Below, piece after piece: positions 9,956 to 20,740 of a stretch of DNA of 64,000 nt (position 1 is the first letter of the stretch; the number at the start of each line of letters is the position of its first letter). A program made the translations under genes and the position numbers. A model generated the notes under the pieces. It was not told the DNA's origin and searched no databases. It worked only from the letters and a program-made list of their open reading frames with translations. Location of the stretch: positions 151,401 to 215,400 of the forward strand of contig CBDANS010000004.1 of NCBI GenBank assembly GCA_965197745.1, read 5' to 3'. The DNA comes from Opitutales bacterium (GTDB lineage Bacteria > Verrucomicrobiota > Verrucomicrobiia > Opitutales > PNEW01).

Positions 9956-11417
9956 ATGCCTTTTGAAACTGCCGAGGGCCAAGATGAATTAAGTGCCTAT
10001 CAGATTATGGATATGCAAATGGCTCAGGAACTTGAAGCAGCGCTAAATGAAGGACTGAGGAAAAAACCGGTAGATGAAATTGGCCTGCAAGCTTTAAAAT
10101 CAAGAGTTCAGGCCATTAGAAATAGCGTTCTCCCTCAGGAGATGCATGCACCTGTTGTGCCCCCTGAAAGAACACCGAAACTGGAACCGACTGAGTAACG
10201 CAAGCTGCAGGTGAAACCAACATCGCTATGATCCGTAGAGGGCACAGACAAAAGACATTCCAATGCTCATAGCAGATCAAAATGAAGCTCATGGCGTTAC
10301 CCTTGAGGAGTATATAGCACTTCCCGCGGATGAGAAGAAACAGGTGTTGCGTGAGGGGCCAGAAAAAGTTCTCGATGACCTCTCGATGCTGCTTGAACTG
10401 CACACGATCAGCCTGCGAGATGAATCCTCGATGATAGTTCGGCTAATGGCAGCAGAATCTTCAGGCAGGCTTATGCACGAGCTTCAATGGGACAAAGCGA
10501 GGAATGTCTCCCTCCTCCCTGAATTTTCCCATGAAGATTCAGCCGCGTTCCAAGAGGCCCTGGTTGCCGCGTTATGGGATGATCATAAACAAGTTCGTGG
10601 ATCTGCTGTGGACGCCTTACCCCTTTTAGCACCCCCGAATCCACAGATTGAAGCGATTATTATAGAGGCCTATGAAGAAAACAGAATCCTAGTAGCCGAA
10701 CCCTACGAAAGTATGGCGCAAGTTGGATTCAACTCCGACCGTTTTGTGGCATTAGCCCTGAAACTGGTGCAGTCGAAATATACTTATTTTATAGCAGCCA
10801 AAGTCCTGGCTAAGTTCACACAGGAGGTTGCCTTGGATACGCTCATTGAATTGGCGGGATCAAAGGAAGTGCCCGCCAGCATGCGAGATGCTGCAGTGGA
10901 GGCATTGGCGGCTTATGGTCGGAGAGCGATGCGCGCCAAACCTGTGCTCGAAAGAATAATCGAGGATCACCCCAAACGTGGGGAAACACGGAAATATACT
11001 TACAAGGTTCCAGCTAGCGAGCTGCAACCCGGCCAAAGCTTTATTAGGTTCTTAGTAGACTACGAAACCATGAAATCTGACAGTATTGGTGTCACTGCAG
11101 CCCGCACGCTGGAGGCGATTACCTTAGACAAGCCCAAAGTCGCTAGTCATTACATGAATCCGAAAAAATTAGTTCAATTATGGCCTTTAGCTCTGCCTGA
11201 AGAGGCTCAGGTACTGAATGCGAGTTCCACTGAGTTGGATAAGCCGAATAAGCTCCCCTCTCAGATAGCCTATAAACAAGAACGATCCAAGGAAGAGCCT
11301 GAAACTGGTTACAGGGCGGATTCTCCAGAAAATCTACGGGAGCATACCTGGATATGGCTGGGAGATTTAGTTCTGGTGATAATTGCAGTTTGGATAGTGC
11401 TCAAGCCCCGCAGGTGA
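9956..11417 (+). pseudogene. Probably one disrupted HEAT-repeat protein with C-terminal membrane anchor (ORFs 9920..10198 and 10263..11417)
   Basis: HEAT-like LWDDHKQVRGSAVDAL and MRDAAVEALAAYG; C-terminal hydrophobic helix + KPRR. The N-terminus abuts the IS scar and stops lie between the two ORFs. Confidence 0.55.
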
Positions 11418-11822
11418 GAAATGCAGTTGCTGTCAATCAAGTTTCAATCGCATTAACCGGAAGAATCGACAACAAGCGATCTATAACGCAGATGAGAACC
11501 TCATAACAGCAGGGAATAGAAGCTGGGACATGAACGGATTGCACAGCCTCGAGCACTAGTCCTACTGGACGATGCTGGGCATGTAAGTAGAGGATGTTCG
11601 ACCCTTTATCCGGGCAGCGCAGTCAGACGGTAATCCGGTGGAGGGAACTGTCCTATTACTTTTTGATATACCTGTAAATCTCACCCATCCTTTCTATCCC
11701 TTAATGCATCAGGGGGAGCGAATTTAAATCAACACTTCCAATTGCGTCCAATAACGGCTTGCCCATCCCAGGTTCCAAGCTACTGTCCTCCGCAGCAGCA
11801 ATCCGAGTAATCCCTTCAATCA

Positions 11823-12746
11823 ATGTATACCATGAAAAAAAGACAAAAAGTTACCATCATCCTCTTGTTGGCTATTATGGTTCTTGGAGGAGCGTTTCTA
11901 TCTATCAGGACTCTCAATCGAAAGGATTTGCGGGTGAAGGTAGGCACGGGCGAATTCCCCCTTATTTTTGAAGATGGCGATTATGAGGATCTCGACAGGG
12001 CCAGGTTAATCTGGACGGTCAATAACCTCTATGAATCTGTTTATGATTACGAGGTTATTCCGACAGATTCTTATAAATTTTACGTGGGTGGACGTGTAGT
12101 GGAATTAAAATTCTTTCTACATGAATTAGGAAGGAGATATGGTCCTAAGATTTCATATGAAATTGGCTACTACGGCATTGTTGAAGAGGATGGAATTCAT
12201 CACCTTATTTTGACTCGGGAGTTCATCGAAGCGTTTATCGAGGCCTCATCAAAGTATGTGGAAGTCACCGATGAATTAAACAACTTCATCGACCGGCTCA
12301 ATCGGATAAATTCGGCAGAGATCGATAACCTAACTGAAGCCGAGGTCGATTCCATGTACTATATCGATCCTAATATCAATGAAGACGATTCTGATCTAGA
12401 GGATAGGAGGGAAGGTCTAAGAGTATTTACAGTAGATAAGCACTACCAATCTACCAATGTTTTATGGATTGAAGAGAGCATAGAAGTAGGGCGTTACTTG
12501 TTTGGAGAGAATGCAAAACCTATGATTGTTGGGGAAGCGATCTTTTATACGAATAAGGACAATCTTCCATGGTGGTATTCGGATGATACCACGGATTTTA
12601 ATGCGCTTTCCCCACCGTTGAACTTTGATTCGCGCATACATACCGATCCGGATACAGAACCCTTTGTTTGGGTGCCTGCTGACAAGTGCGCATTCCTCTA
12701 CGTTAATGGACAATGGAAGATAGCAGATATCATGCCGGGAACATAA
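11823..12746 (+). CDS. Hypothetical protein, N-terminal membrane anchor
   Basis: 307-aa ORF; KKRQK + hydrophobic helix; acidic body; no recognised family. Confidence 0.7.
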   Translation: MYTMKKRQKVTIILLLAIMVLGGAFLSIRTLNRKDLRVKVGTGEFPLIFEDGDYEDLDRARLIWTVNNLYESVYDYEVIPTDSYKFYVGGRVVELKFFLHELGRRYGPKISYEIGYYGIVEEDGIHHLILTREFIEAFIEASSKYVEVTDELNNFIDRLNRINSAEIDNLTEAEVDSMYYIDPNINEDDSDLEDRREGLRVFTVDKHYQSTNVLWIEESIEVGRYLFGENAKPMIVGEAIFYTNKDNLPWWYSDDTTDFNALSPPLNFDSRIHTDPDTEPFVWVPADKCAFLYVNGQWKIADIMPGT

Positions 12747-15061
12747 TTCGATCGACTGGGATGAAGCAGTTGACCGAGTAAGCTAGCAAAGACAGCCATG
12801 GTTAAGGAAGAGAAGCTAAAGGATGATGGGATTAATCATGTTTAATCTACGTGCTTCAGTATTGAGTCGGCATTCACCAACCTTACAAAGTATATCCATT
12901 ATTTTGTATGGTTGATACTATTGCAATTTCCAGTAACCCCGACGCTTGAATGGAACCTGGCTTTCTGCTTGATCTCGCGAATAACCTCCCATGTCAATCA
13001 GAGCGTTTCAGTTATGCTTGAGCAAATTCCGGGTTGTACATAATATCTCGTCGCTCTGAAGTGGCAGGACATTTTGGATCCCTGCATTACCTGTGGATAG
13101 CGTCTCACTTCGCCTGCTAACTCATGTTCCTCTTGCGAAGGGAGGACAGAGACTGCCCATTCATCGACTTCACCGCTCTCGAACAGTTGGTTGCGTACCT
13201 CGCCGGGAAAGCCTGGATGGATAGTGTATCGGCTGCCTCAGAATTTTCAGCCAACGAGAGAATCTTTAGCAGATCAATGGGTGAGCCCGGTTCCCTCAGC
13301 CATTGCAACCTCTTTCTCTTTTATATCAGCGATCGAAGTGACCTCATGCTCCATCCCGCTGGTATATCTTGCTGTTAATTGCTACCTTTGCGGGTATGTG
13401 CAATCTGTTGGTAAGGCATAGAGTTTGTCCTTGAGCGAAGGCAGTTTGGATTGTTGATAGAGCCAACGTCGATAGCCTCCGCATATGCGCCGATGAAAAC
13501 TTCAGGGTTCTACGGTTCAGTCTTAAAACAACCAGCCAAAGCACCCCTGGCACGAGTAGGACTGAAATGATATTAACTTGAGACTTCATCATCATTCTGT
13601 ACTTGTCCTAATCCTGGTCGGGCGGAGAGCTTTTTTAAGCATTCTTTGCTGTCTTTTGGTTGTGCTTTCCGGAAAGCCAGTAGCAAGCGTGAAGTCGGCT
13701 CCATCGCCATCAGCGCCATTGCCATAAGGGGTGCGCAGTGAAGTCCAGTAACAGCTAACAAGGATCATTTGAAGAACGGATCCTCGGTCCCGTTTACCCT
13801 ATGAATACATTCCGTAGATATCTCTCCAGGAGAAACTCGTGGAAGAGGCAACAGTGTAACCTCGGAGTTGACTAATCCCTGCTGGAGTCTGCCGTACTGC
13901 ATAAACGGTGAGTGTGGGTTAGCTAGCAAACTCATTGCTTGCAGTTGTGAGCAACATCTCGGTTTTGGGGCGTACAGCTTCATACTCAAATACAGATTAC
14001 TTTTTCTAATGCAAATACCTACCCCGCTAGCGGCAAAGGAAGAGCCAAAAGAGAAATTTACATACGGGAATGTATTAAATAAAAAGAACCCTCAAACCAT
14101 CAGTTAAATAATGCATTTTTTACCTGTAACCCGAACAACTGATCTGAAACCTGAGTTTCTGTGAATCTGCTTCTTCAGGAAATCTGGAGGTGTCATTAGA
14201 ACTAGAGGTCCAGTTGCGATTGGACTTGTCTCTACTGGGCGCATAAATTTATTGTTTTTCATCACAAGGGTCACTTAATGGACATTAAATCTATTCAAAA
14301 ATTCTTGGCCGATTCCTGGCTGAAGATCACCAAAAAAGTATGATTCCTGCCCATTCCTGCCAAACATTTTGAAGCAACGCCGGGAAATCAAAGGAAAACA
14401 TAAGTTATTATTGAATCGCTATTTAAGTGTAACTCATTATTATTAAATAACTTCTGATATTTTACTAATTCCAGTTCATAGTCGATATCAGCTTCCGTTG
14501 AGCACTCTTTCTCAGCCATAGTATAATAATCCAGGCATGGTTGAAGTCCCTGCCATGATATAATTTGCAGGTTCTGCGGGTTCACAACCTATTAATCACA
14601 CACTACCGGTAAAAGTTGCAGAAATTATTCGATATGCAAGGCAGGTTAAGAACGGTAAGAAGGCCTGATTATGGAGGTCTTTAAGATCCTGATACAAGGG
14701 GATACAGTATTTTCTATGTATTAACAATTGCACAGAGCGGACGACTTTCAACGCCCTGCTTTAAACCGTGTAACTTTGAGCAGGTTTTTCACAAAGCATT
14801 ACATTTCTGCATCACAATAAGATGTGAATAGTGTTAATAAGTTGATTTTTAAAGGCTTGAAGCGGTGTATAAATATCTGAACAAGGCGTCAGTAACAAAT
14901 AATAACTCTGCCTTGCTGCCTGCAATTAAATTGCAGATACCTATAATTAGACCTTACCGAATAATCTTAAAAAAGGAGAAAATCAGTCAATCGAGACCCC
15001 GAATATGCGTATAAGCTTCATCGTAAACAAAAAAAAGTTTATTTTTATTAATCAAAAACTA

Positions 15062-15112
15062 TTGACACTACATCTTGTGTTGTTAGTAAGTGGTTTCCCC
15101 AATATGTTGTGG
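15062..15112 (+). promoter_or_regulatory. Tandem NrdR boxes overlapping a TTGACA -35 element
   Basis: ACACTACATCTTGTGT (15065-15080) and CCCCAATATGTTGTGG (15097-15112), 32 bp apart, match the acaCwAtATaTwGtg consensus and lie upstream of nrdB. TTGACA at 15062. Confidence 0.85.
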
Positions 15113-15300
15113 CCGTTCTCAATAAAAACCACCCTTAAAAGAATTTATTTCAAAAATATAGCCTTTCTATTGGGGCCGTCACCATTGCGACGCATCACTT
15201 GTTCTTTATATTGGATGAATGCAGCCAGTAACCGTGGCTGCAGTTCATATACCCTGTAGTCCCAGCCTGGGGATAATCTTCAACCGTTCTTTCACCACTC

Positions 15301-16383
15301 ATGCAAACTACTTACACAATTGGTAGTAAGACGTTCGTCCTGGACCGCGATAAGGCTGAAGCAGCGTTCGCGGCTAAAAAGATCATTAATGGTCGTGAGA
15401 CGATGTATTTCAATATACTCCCTCTAAAATACCAGTGGGCCTACGAACTGTATAAAAGAATGAAGGCCAATCATTGGGAACCTGAAGATATTCCCATGCA
15501 AAAAGACTGCGAGCACTGGCGCTCCAGTGAAATCTCCGATATTGAGCGATGGATCATAAAAATGGGAATTGGTTACTTTTCCGCGGCTGAGGGCATCGTG
15601 GGTGACAATTTACTCCATGTTGTCAGGGAAGCGGTCACCGCGCCGGAACTCAAAATGGTGATAGGCAGGCATGCCCACGAAGAAAATATTCACGCTGATT
15701 CGCTTATTTACATGCTCAGTTCTCTCGGAATCAATCCCCATGAAGCAGAAGCGATGTTTGATGATGTAGAGACAATAAAGCGAAAAAATGACTTTGTCGT
15801 AAGCAATTCCAAGGATCTGCGGCGAAACCTTGATCTAACAAAAACCGAAAACAAGCAATTATTAGCTAAAAATATATTCCTGTTCGGCCAGTGTATGGAG
15901 GGGACTCAATTTTACGGGTTATTTGGGATGATACTCGCTCTCTACCGCCAGAATAAATTTCCCGGTATCGGGCAGATGTTCCGTTACACCCTGCGTGATG
16001 AATCCAATCATATTGAGCTTCAGCGCTATTTACTGATGGACCTGGTGGAGGAAAATCCAGACGTCTGGACCCCGGAGTTTAAGCAGGAATTAACCGAAAC
16101 GATGGCTGAAGCTGTGAAATTGGAAAAAGAATTTATACTGGATTGCCTGCCTGTTAACGCGGTGGGCCTAAGTGCAGATGAGTTTATCCAGTACATAGAC
16201 TTCATAGCCGATCGCCGCATGGAGGGGGTAGGGTTGAAACCCTTTAATCCGGGAGTGAAGAATCCATTCCCCTGGCTGGCTGAATTGATGGACATTAAGA
16301 AGGAGCAAAACTTTTTCGAAGGTCGTGTCACCGAATATCAGAAATCATCCGCTCTGGAAGCGGGTGATGACGACGAATTGTAA
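15301..16383 (+). CDS. nrdB: Ribonucleotide reductase beta subunit, class Ic (R2c)-like
   Basis: W.PE.I, E97, EENIH, EG..FY, RDESNH, NFFEGRVTEY; Leu at the radical-Tyr position. Confidence 0.95.
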   Translation: MQTTYTIGSKTFVLDRDKAEAAFAAKKIINGRETMYFNILPLKYQWAYELYKRMKANHWEPEDIPMQKDCEHWRSSEISDIERWIIKMGIGYFSAAEGIVGDNLLHVVREAVTAPELKMVIGRHAHEENIHADSLIYMLSSLGINPHEAEAMFDDVETIKRKNDFVVSNSKDLRRNLDLTKTENKQLLAKNIFLFGQCMEGTQFYGLFGMILALYRQNKFPGIGQMFRYTLRDESNHIELQRYLLMDLVEENPDVWTPEFKQELTETMAEAVKLEKEFILDCLPVNAVGLSADEFIQYIDFIADRRMEGVGLKPFNPGVKNPFPWLAELMDIKKEQNFFEGRVTEYQKSSALEAGDDDEL

Positions 16384-16469
16384 TACCCCCTTTCACCTTT
16401 ACCTGTTCAATTATGTTATGGCTATAGACTACTCTGCCCTCACTTATTTGAACCCGAAAAATTAAGAAG

Positions 16470-19400
16470 ATGATTCGCCACTTTACCCATGATGAAGACG
16501 TAGAACTGAAGCGTTTTGCCAATACGCCCAAAGACCAGAAACCACAATTCAATTGGCGCGATGTGATTCTTGAAGAGCGTATCCTACAGCCGGAGATTAA
16601 GGTCAATGTGAACGGCAAGGATCTTGATTTTGACCTTGCTGAAGTCGCCGAAACTATCGGCAACGCACTGACGGATTTGCATTTGTCGCGAAAGGATGAG
16701 GATATATTTAATGAAAAAAACCAGAATTTCGTAGCCTTTATTGCGCGTGTCGTGGGCGAGCGTCTGGCTGAACAACTGGAAGAAGGCGATCCTCTCAAAC
16801 TTTCACCCTATGATATATACCTCCTAATTGAAAAAGCGCTTATCGAAAGTAATGCTCACGATGTAGCAAAGAGTCTTGTTTTCAAACGGTCAGTTTCGGA
16901 AGCGGGAAACGGAAAGAACGGTGGAGTAGAGGGAGGTATTGAAACAATCAAGGTCCGCGTAATTCGGCGCAACGGGATGGTCGTTTCCTGGAATGAAAAT
17001 AAAATTGAAATTGCCGTGCGCATGGCATTCCTCTCGCGTGAACTTGATTCCGATCCTGCTATTGATATTGCCCGAGCAGTGACCGAACACATTCGCGGTC
17101 TCGACCCTGAATTTATCCATATCGAAGACCTCCAGGATCTTGTGCAGGAGGAACTCATGCGGCAGGGGCATTTCAAAGTAGCGGAAACTTATATTCGCTA
17201 CCGTTATCATCGTGCTCAGTTGCGTGAAGATACGGCGCAAGTCGGCGATGAAGATGTGCGCCAGGAATCCATGATTCTGGTCAAGCGGTCTGACGATGAA
17301 ACTTTTTTCTGGGATGGTATTGATCTGAGAAAGCGCGTGGATTTTGCCTCCATCGGGCTCGATCTTTGTCTGAATAAAGATGAGATCGAGGCTGAACTGC
17401 GCCGATCCCTATATCCCGAGATGGGAATCGAGGAATTAAATAAAACGATCATCCTGAATGCTAAGTCACTTATTGAAAAAGATGCCGATTTCGCGAAGTT
17501 TGCCGGACGTATTCTGCTCTCTTTCATTTACGAAGAAGTCCTCGATTGGAACATCGTTCGTGATGGAATTGAATCACTGAAAGATTTTCACCGCAAAGCC
17601 TTCAAGAAATTCCTTCATCGCGGAATAGAAATAGAGCGGATCGACAAACGATTAATCGATTACGATGTTGATAAACTGGCTAACGCACTCGACCCCTCGG
17701 CCGATCTTGATTTTGATTATCTCGGAATCCAGACACTTTATGACCGTTATCTTATAGTTGATAAAACTTTGAAAAAATCACGCCGTCTGGAAACACCACA
17801 ATTATTCTGGATGCGTGTGGCGATGGGGCTTTTCCCCTTGGAAAAGGATGATCGCGAAAATAAAGTAATTGCCCTTTACGGACTTTATAAAAGTCGTCGC
17901 TTCTGTTCATCAACGCCCACCCTCTTTAACTCGGGCACGCTTCATTCACAGCTTTCCTCATGCTATCTTTACAAAGTTGATGACAACATAGAATCAATCA
18001 TGATGCGTGGTATCGCGGAAAACGCTTTTCTATCAAAATGGGCCGGAGGCCTGGGGGGGAGCTGGACATCGGTGCGCGGTACCGGGAGCTACATCAAAGG
18101 AACAAATGGTGAAAGCCAGGGGGTTATCCCTTTTTTAAAATTACACAATGATCAACTTGTCGCAGTCAATCAGGGCGGCAAGCGGCGGGGATCAGGCTGT
18201 GCCTATCTGGAGAGCTGGCATAATGACATTTCCGATTTTCTGGAATTACGTAAGAATACGGGAGATGACCGGCGTCGTACCCATGATATGAATACGGCCA
18301 ACTGGATTCCCGATCTATTTATGAAACGAATGGAAGCGCGCCAGGAATGGACACTGTTTCGCACCAATGACACTCCCGATTTACACGAACTTTACGGCAA
18401 GAAATTTGAAGAACGCTACCTTGACTACGAAGCTCAAGCATTGCGCGGCGAAATTTTCAGCAAAAAAGTTAAAGCGATCGACATGTGGAAGGAAATGCTG
18501 CGAATGATTTTCGAAACAGGTCATCCATGGATAACATTTAAAGATACATGCAATGTGCGAAGCCCCCAGGACCATGTCGGGGTCATTCACAGTTCAAATC
18601 TATGCACTGAAATCACGCTCAATACAAGTGACGATGAAACGGCGGTATGTAATCTGGGGTCCATCGTTCTTGATTCTCATGTCAAGGATGACGGTAAACT
18701 TGACCATAAAAAATTACGTGAAACTATTCAAGTAGCGGTACGCGCCCTCGACAATGTTATCGATATAAATTTCTACCCGACCAAGGCGGCAGAAACCTCT
18801 AACAATCGCCACCGACCTATTGGTCTTGGCGTGATGGGGTTACATAATGCTCTTTACAAAAAAAATATCAGCTTCGCATCGCACGAAGCCATTGCCTTTA
18901 ATGATGAATTCATGGAAGCTGTTGCCTACTACGCCTACGAAGCATCGAGTGAACTTGCCGCTGAACGTGGAACATACAGCTCCTATCGTGGATCAAAGTG
19001 GGATCGCGGGAGTTTCCCACAGGATACCATTGACCTTCTCGAGGAACAACGCGGAGCCATAATTGATGTGCCCAGAGACAGCCGGATGGATTGGGCCCCC
19101 CTGCGCGAAAAAGTAAAGAAGCAGGGAATGCGCAACAGCAATGTTATCGCCATCGCTCCCACTGCGACGATCTCTAATATCATGGGGACATCACCCTGTA
19201 TTGAACCGTCCTATAAAAACCTGTTTGTAAAAAGCAATTTATCGGGAGATTTCATTGTCCTGAATCAATATCTCGTCCGCGATCTTAAAATACACGGTCT
19301 CTGGAATGCGGAGATGCTCGACCAGCTGAAGTATTTCGACGGTGAATTAACTGACATCGAGGACGTCCCGGAAGAATTGAAGGACAGATACCTTACCGCC

Positions 19401-19736
19401 TTTGGCATTGAGTACCGCTATTTAATAGAGGCCGCGGCCCGCCGGCAGAAATGGATAGACCAGTCACAGTCTGTTAATCTTTTTCTCAGTAAACCGGAAC
19501 TTAAAACGCTATCACATATGTATCGCGCGGCATGGCATAAAGGGCTGAAAACGACCTATTACCTGCGGACATTGGGCGCTTCAAACATTGAAAAAGCCAC
19601 GGTAAATGTGAAAAAAAATGTAAGTATTGCCATGGATGATAATGACGTAAATTCCCGTGAATATACGGATGAAGAGAAAAAGGCGTGCAATATAGAAGCG
19701 ATGCGCAACGGCGAAGATTGCGATGCCTGCCAGTAA
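16470..19736 (+). CDS. nrdA: Ribonucleotide reductase alpha subunit with multiple N-terminal ATP cones
   Basis: STPTLFNSG, LSSCY, SNLCTEI, AVCNLGS, AIAPTATIS, KTTYYLR, C-terminal CDACQ. Confidence 0.97.
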   Translation: MIRHFTHDEDVELKRFANTPKDQKPQFNWRDVILEERILQPEIKVNVNGKDLDFDLAEVAETIGNALTDLHLSRKDEDIFNEKNQNFVAFIARVVGERLAEQLEEGDPLKLSPYDIYLLIEKALIESNAHDVAKSLVFKRSVSEAGNGKNGGVEGGIETIKVRVIRRNGMVVSWNENKIEIAVRMAFLSRELDSDPAIDIARAVTEHIRGLDPEFIHIEDLQDLVQEELMRQGHFKVAETYIRYRYHRAQLREDTAQVGDEDVRQESMILVKRSDDETFFWDGIDLRKRVDFASIGLDLCLNKDEIEAELRRSLYPEMGIEELNKTIILNAKSLIEKDADFAKFAGRILLSFIYEEVLDWNIVRDGIESLKDFHRKAFKKFLHRGIEIERIDKRLIDYDVDKLANALDPSADLDFDYLGIQTLYDRYLIVDKTLKKSRRLETPQLFWMRVAMGLFPLEKDDRENKVIALYGLYKSRRFCSSTPTLFNSGTLHSQLSSCYLYKVDDNIESIMMRGIAENAFLSKWAGGLGGSWTSVRGTGSYIKGTNGESQGVIPFLKLHNDQLVAVNQGGKRRGSGCAYLESWHNDISDFLELRKNTGDDRRRTHDMNTANWIPDLFMKRMEARQEWTLFRTNDTPDLHELYGKKFEERYLDYEAQALRGEIFSKKVKAIDMWKEMLRMIFETGHPWITFKDTCNVRSPQDHVGVIHSSNLCTEITLNTSDDETAVCNLGSIVLDSHVKDDGKLDHKKLRETIQVAVRALDNVIDINFYPTKAAETSNNRHRPIGLGVMGLHNALYKKNISFASHEAIAFNDEFMEAVAYYAYEASSELAAERGTYSSYRGSKWDRGSFPQDTIDLLEEQRGAIIDVPRDSRMDWAPLREKVKKQGMRNSNVIAIAPTATISNIMGTSPCIEPSYKNLFVKSNLSGDFIVLNQYLVRDLKIHGLWNAEMLDQLKYFDGELTDIEDVPEELKDRYLTAFGIEYRYLIEAAARRQKWIDQSQSVNLFLSKPELKTLSHMYRAAWHKGLKTTYYLRTLGASNIEKATVNVKKNVSIAMDDNDVNSREYTDEEKKACNIEAMRNGEDCDACQ

Positions 19737-19977
19737 AAAGGCTATAAATTATTGAGGCGCTGAGAATTTTTGCCTGTCTTATGGGCCAAGTGATTAATCT
19801 TGCACTTAGAAATCACCCTGTGACCTGCCATTTATCGGACTCACCATGAAATTATCCTTTCGAATGGATACAATAATTGTTCGTCACGATAAAGGTTAAT
19901 CCCTGATAATCAGCTTGGAATTATAACCGCTATTCAGTTATTAATACTGATTAGATTAAGGTAATAACGAATATTAT

Positions 19978-20736
19978 ATGAATGTAATCTGGTTAGCTTC
20001 TTATCCGAAATCAGGGAATACCTATTTGCGGTTTTTGATCTACAATTATCTTTATGCCGAGGTTACTGAGAGCATGGAGGTTGAAAAAATAATGCCGGAC
20101 ATTCATAAATTACTCTCTACCGGTAGAGCATTGAATACGGAAATTAAGCAGACGATATTTGTAAAATCACATTTTCTTTATAGTCCCAAACACCCGTGTT
20201 ATAAAGAGACACAAGGATTTATCTATATAATTAGAAATCCGCGTGATGTATTGCTCAGTAACAGCCGCTATTCAGGAATCACAGGAAACCGGCCCATTGA
20301 TCTTAAAACTTTTGCTCAACAATTTATAAAGACGATGGGGGTCCCCCGATGGAAGAAAATGAATATGGGCACATGGCCGGAACATGTCTCCAGTTGGCTG
20401 AGCGCTACCAGTCAGCACCCCCATTTATTTATAAAATATGAAGATTTAAGAAATGATCCTTCTACTTGTTTTAAACATATAATAAATTTTTTAAAATTAG
20501 ACCTGGATGAAGAGAGAATCAAAAACGCGATTGAAAAGAGTTCACTGCAATCGATGAAGGAATTAGAAAAAAAGGAAAAAGATAATTCCACCGAAACGCT
20601 TTTCGATAACCAGGGGAAAGATAACTATTTCGTGGGTGAAGGAAAGACCAACCAATCCCTGACACACCTGGGTGATGATATTGAAGAATTTTTCCAAAAA
20701 AGATTCGGAAAGATTACAGGAATATTCGGCTACTGA
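19978..20736 (+). CDS. PAPS-dependent sulfotransferase
   Basis: WLASYPKSGNT (5'-PSB), IIRNPRDVLLS (3'-PB), KYEDL. Confidence 0.9.
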   Translation: MNVIWLASYPKSGNTYLRFLIYNYLYAEVTESMEVEKIMPDIHKLLSTGRALNTEIKQTIFVKSHFLYSPKHPCYKETQGFIYIIRNPRDVLLSNSRYSGITGNRPIDLKTFAQQFIKTMGVPRWKKMNMGTWPEHVSSWLSATSQHPHLFIKYEDLRNDPSTCFKHIINFLKLDLDEERIKNAIEKSSLQSMKELEKKEKDNSTETLFDNQGKDNYFVGEGKTNQSLTHLGDDIEEFFQKRFGKITGIFGY

Positions 20737-20740
20737 AAAA

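Noticed and set aside
15005..15259. 84-aa ORF upstream of nrdB
   Set aside because: It overlaps the NrdR boxes and promoter and has no protein features.
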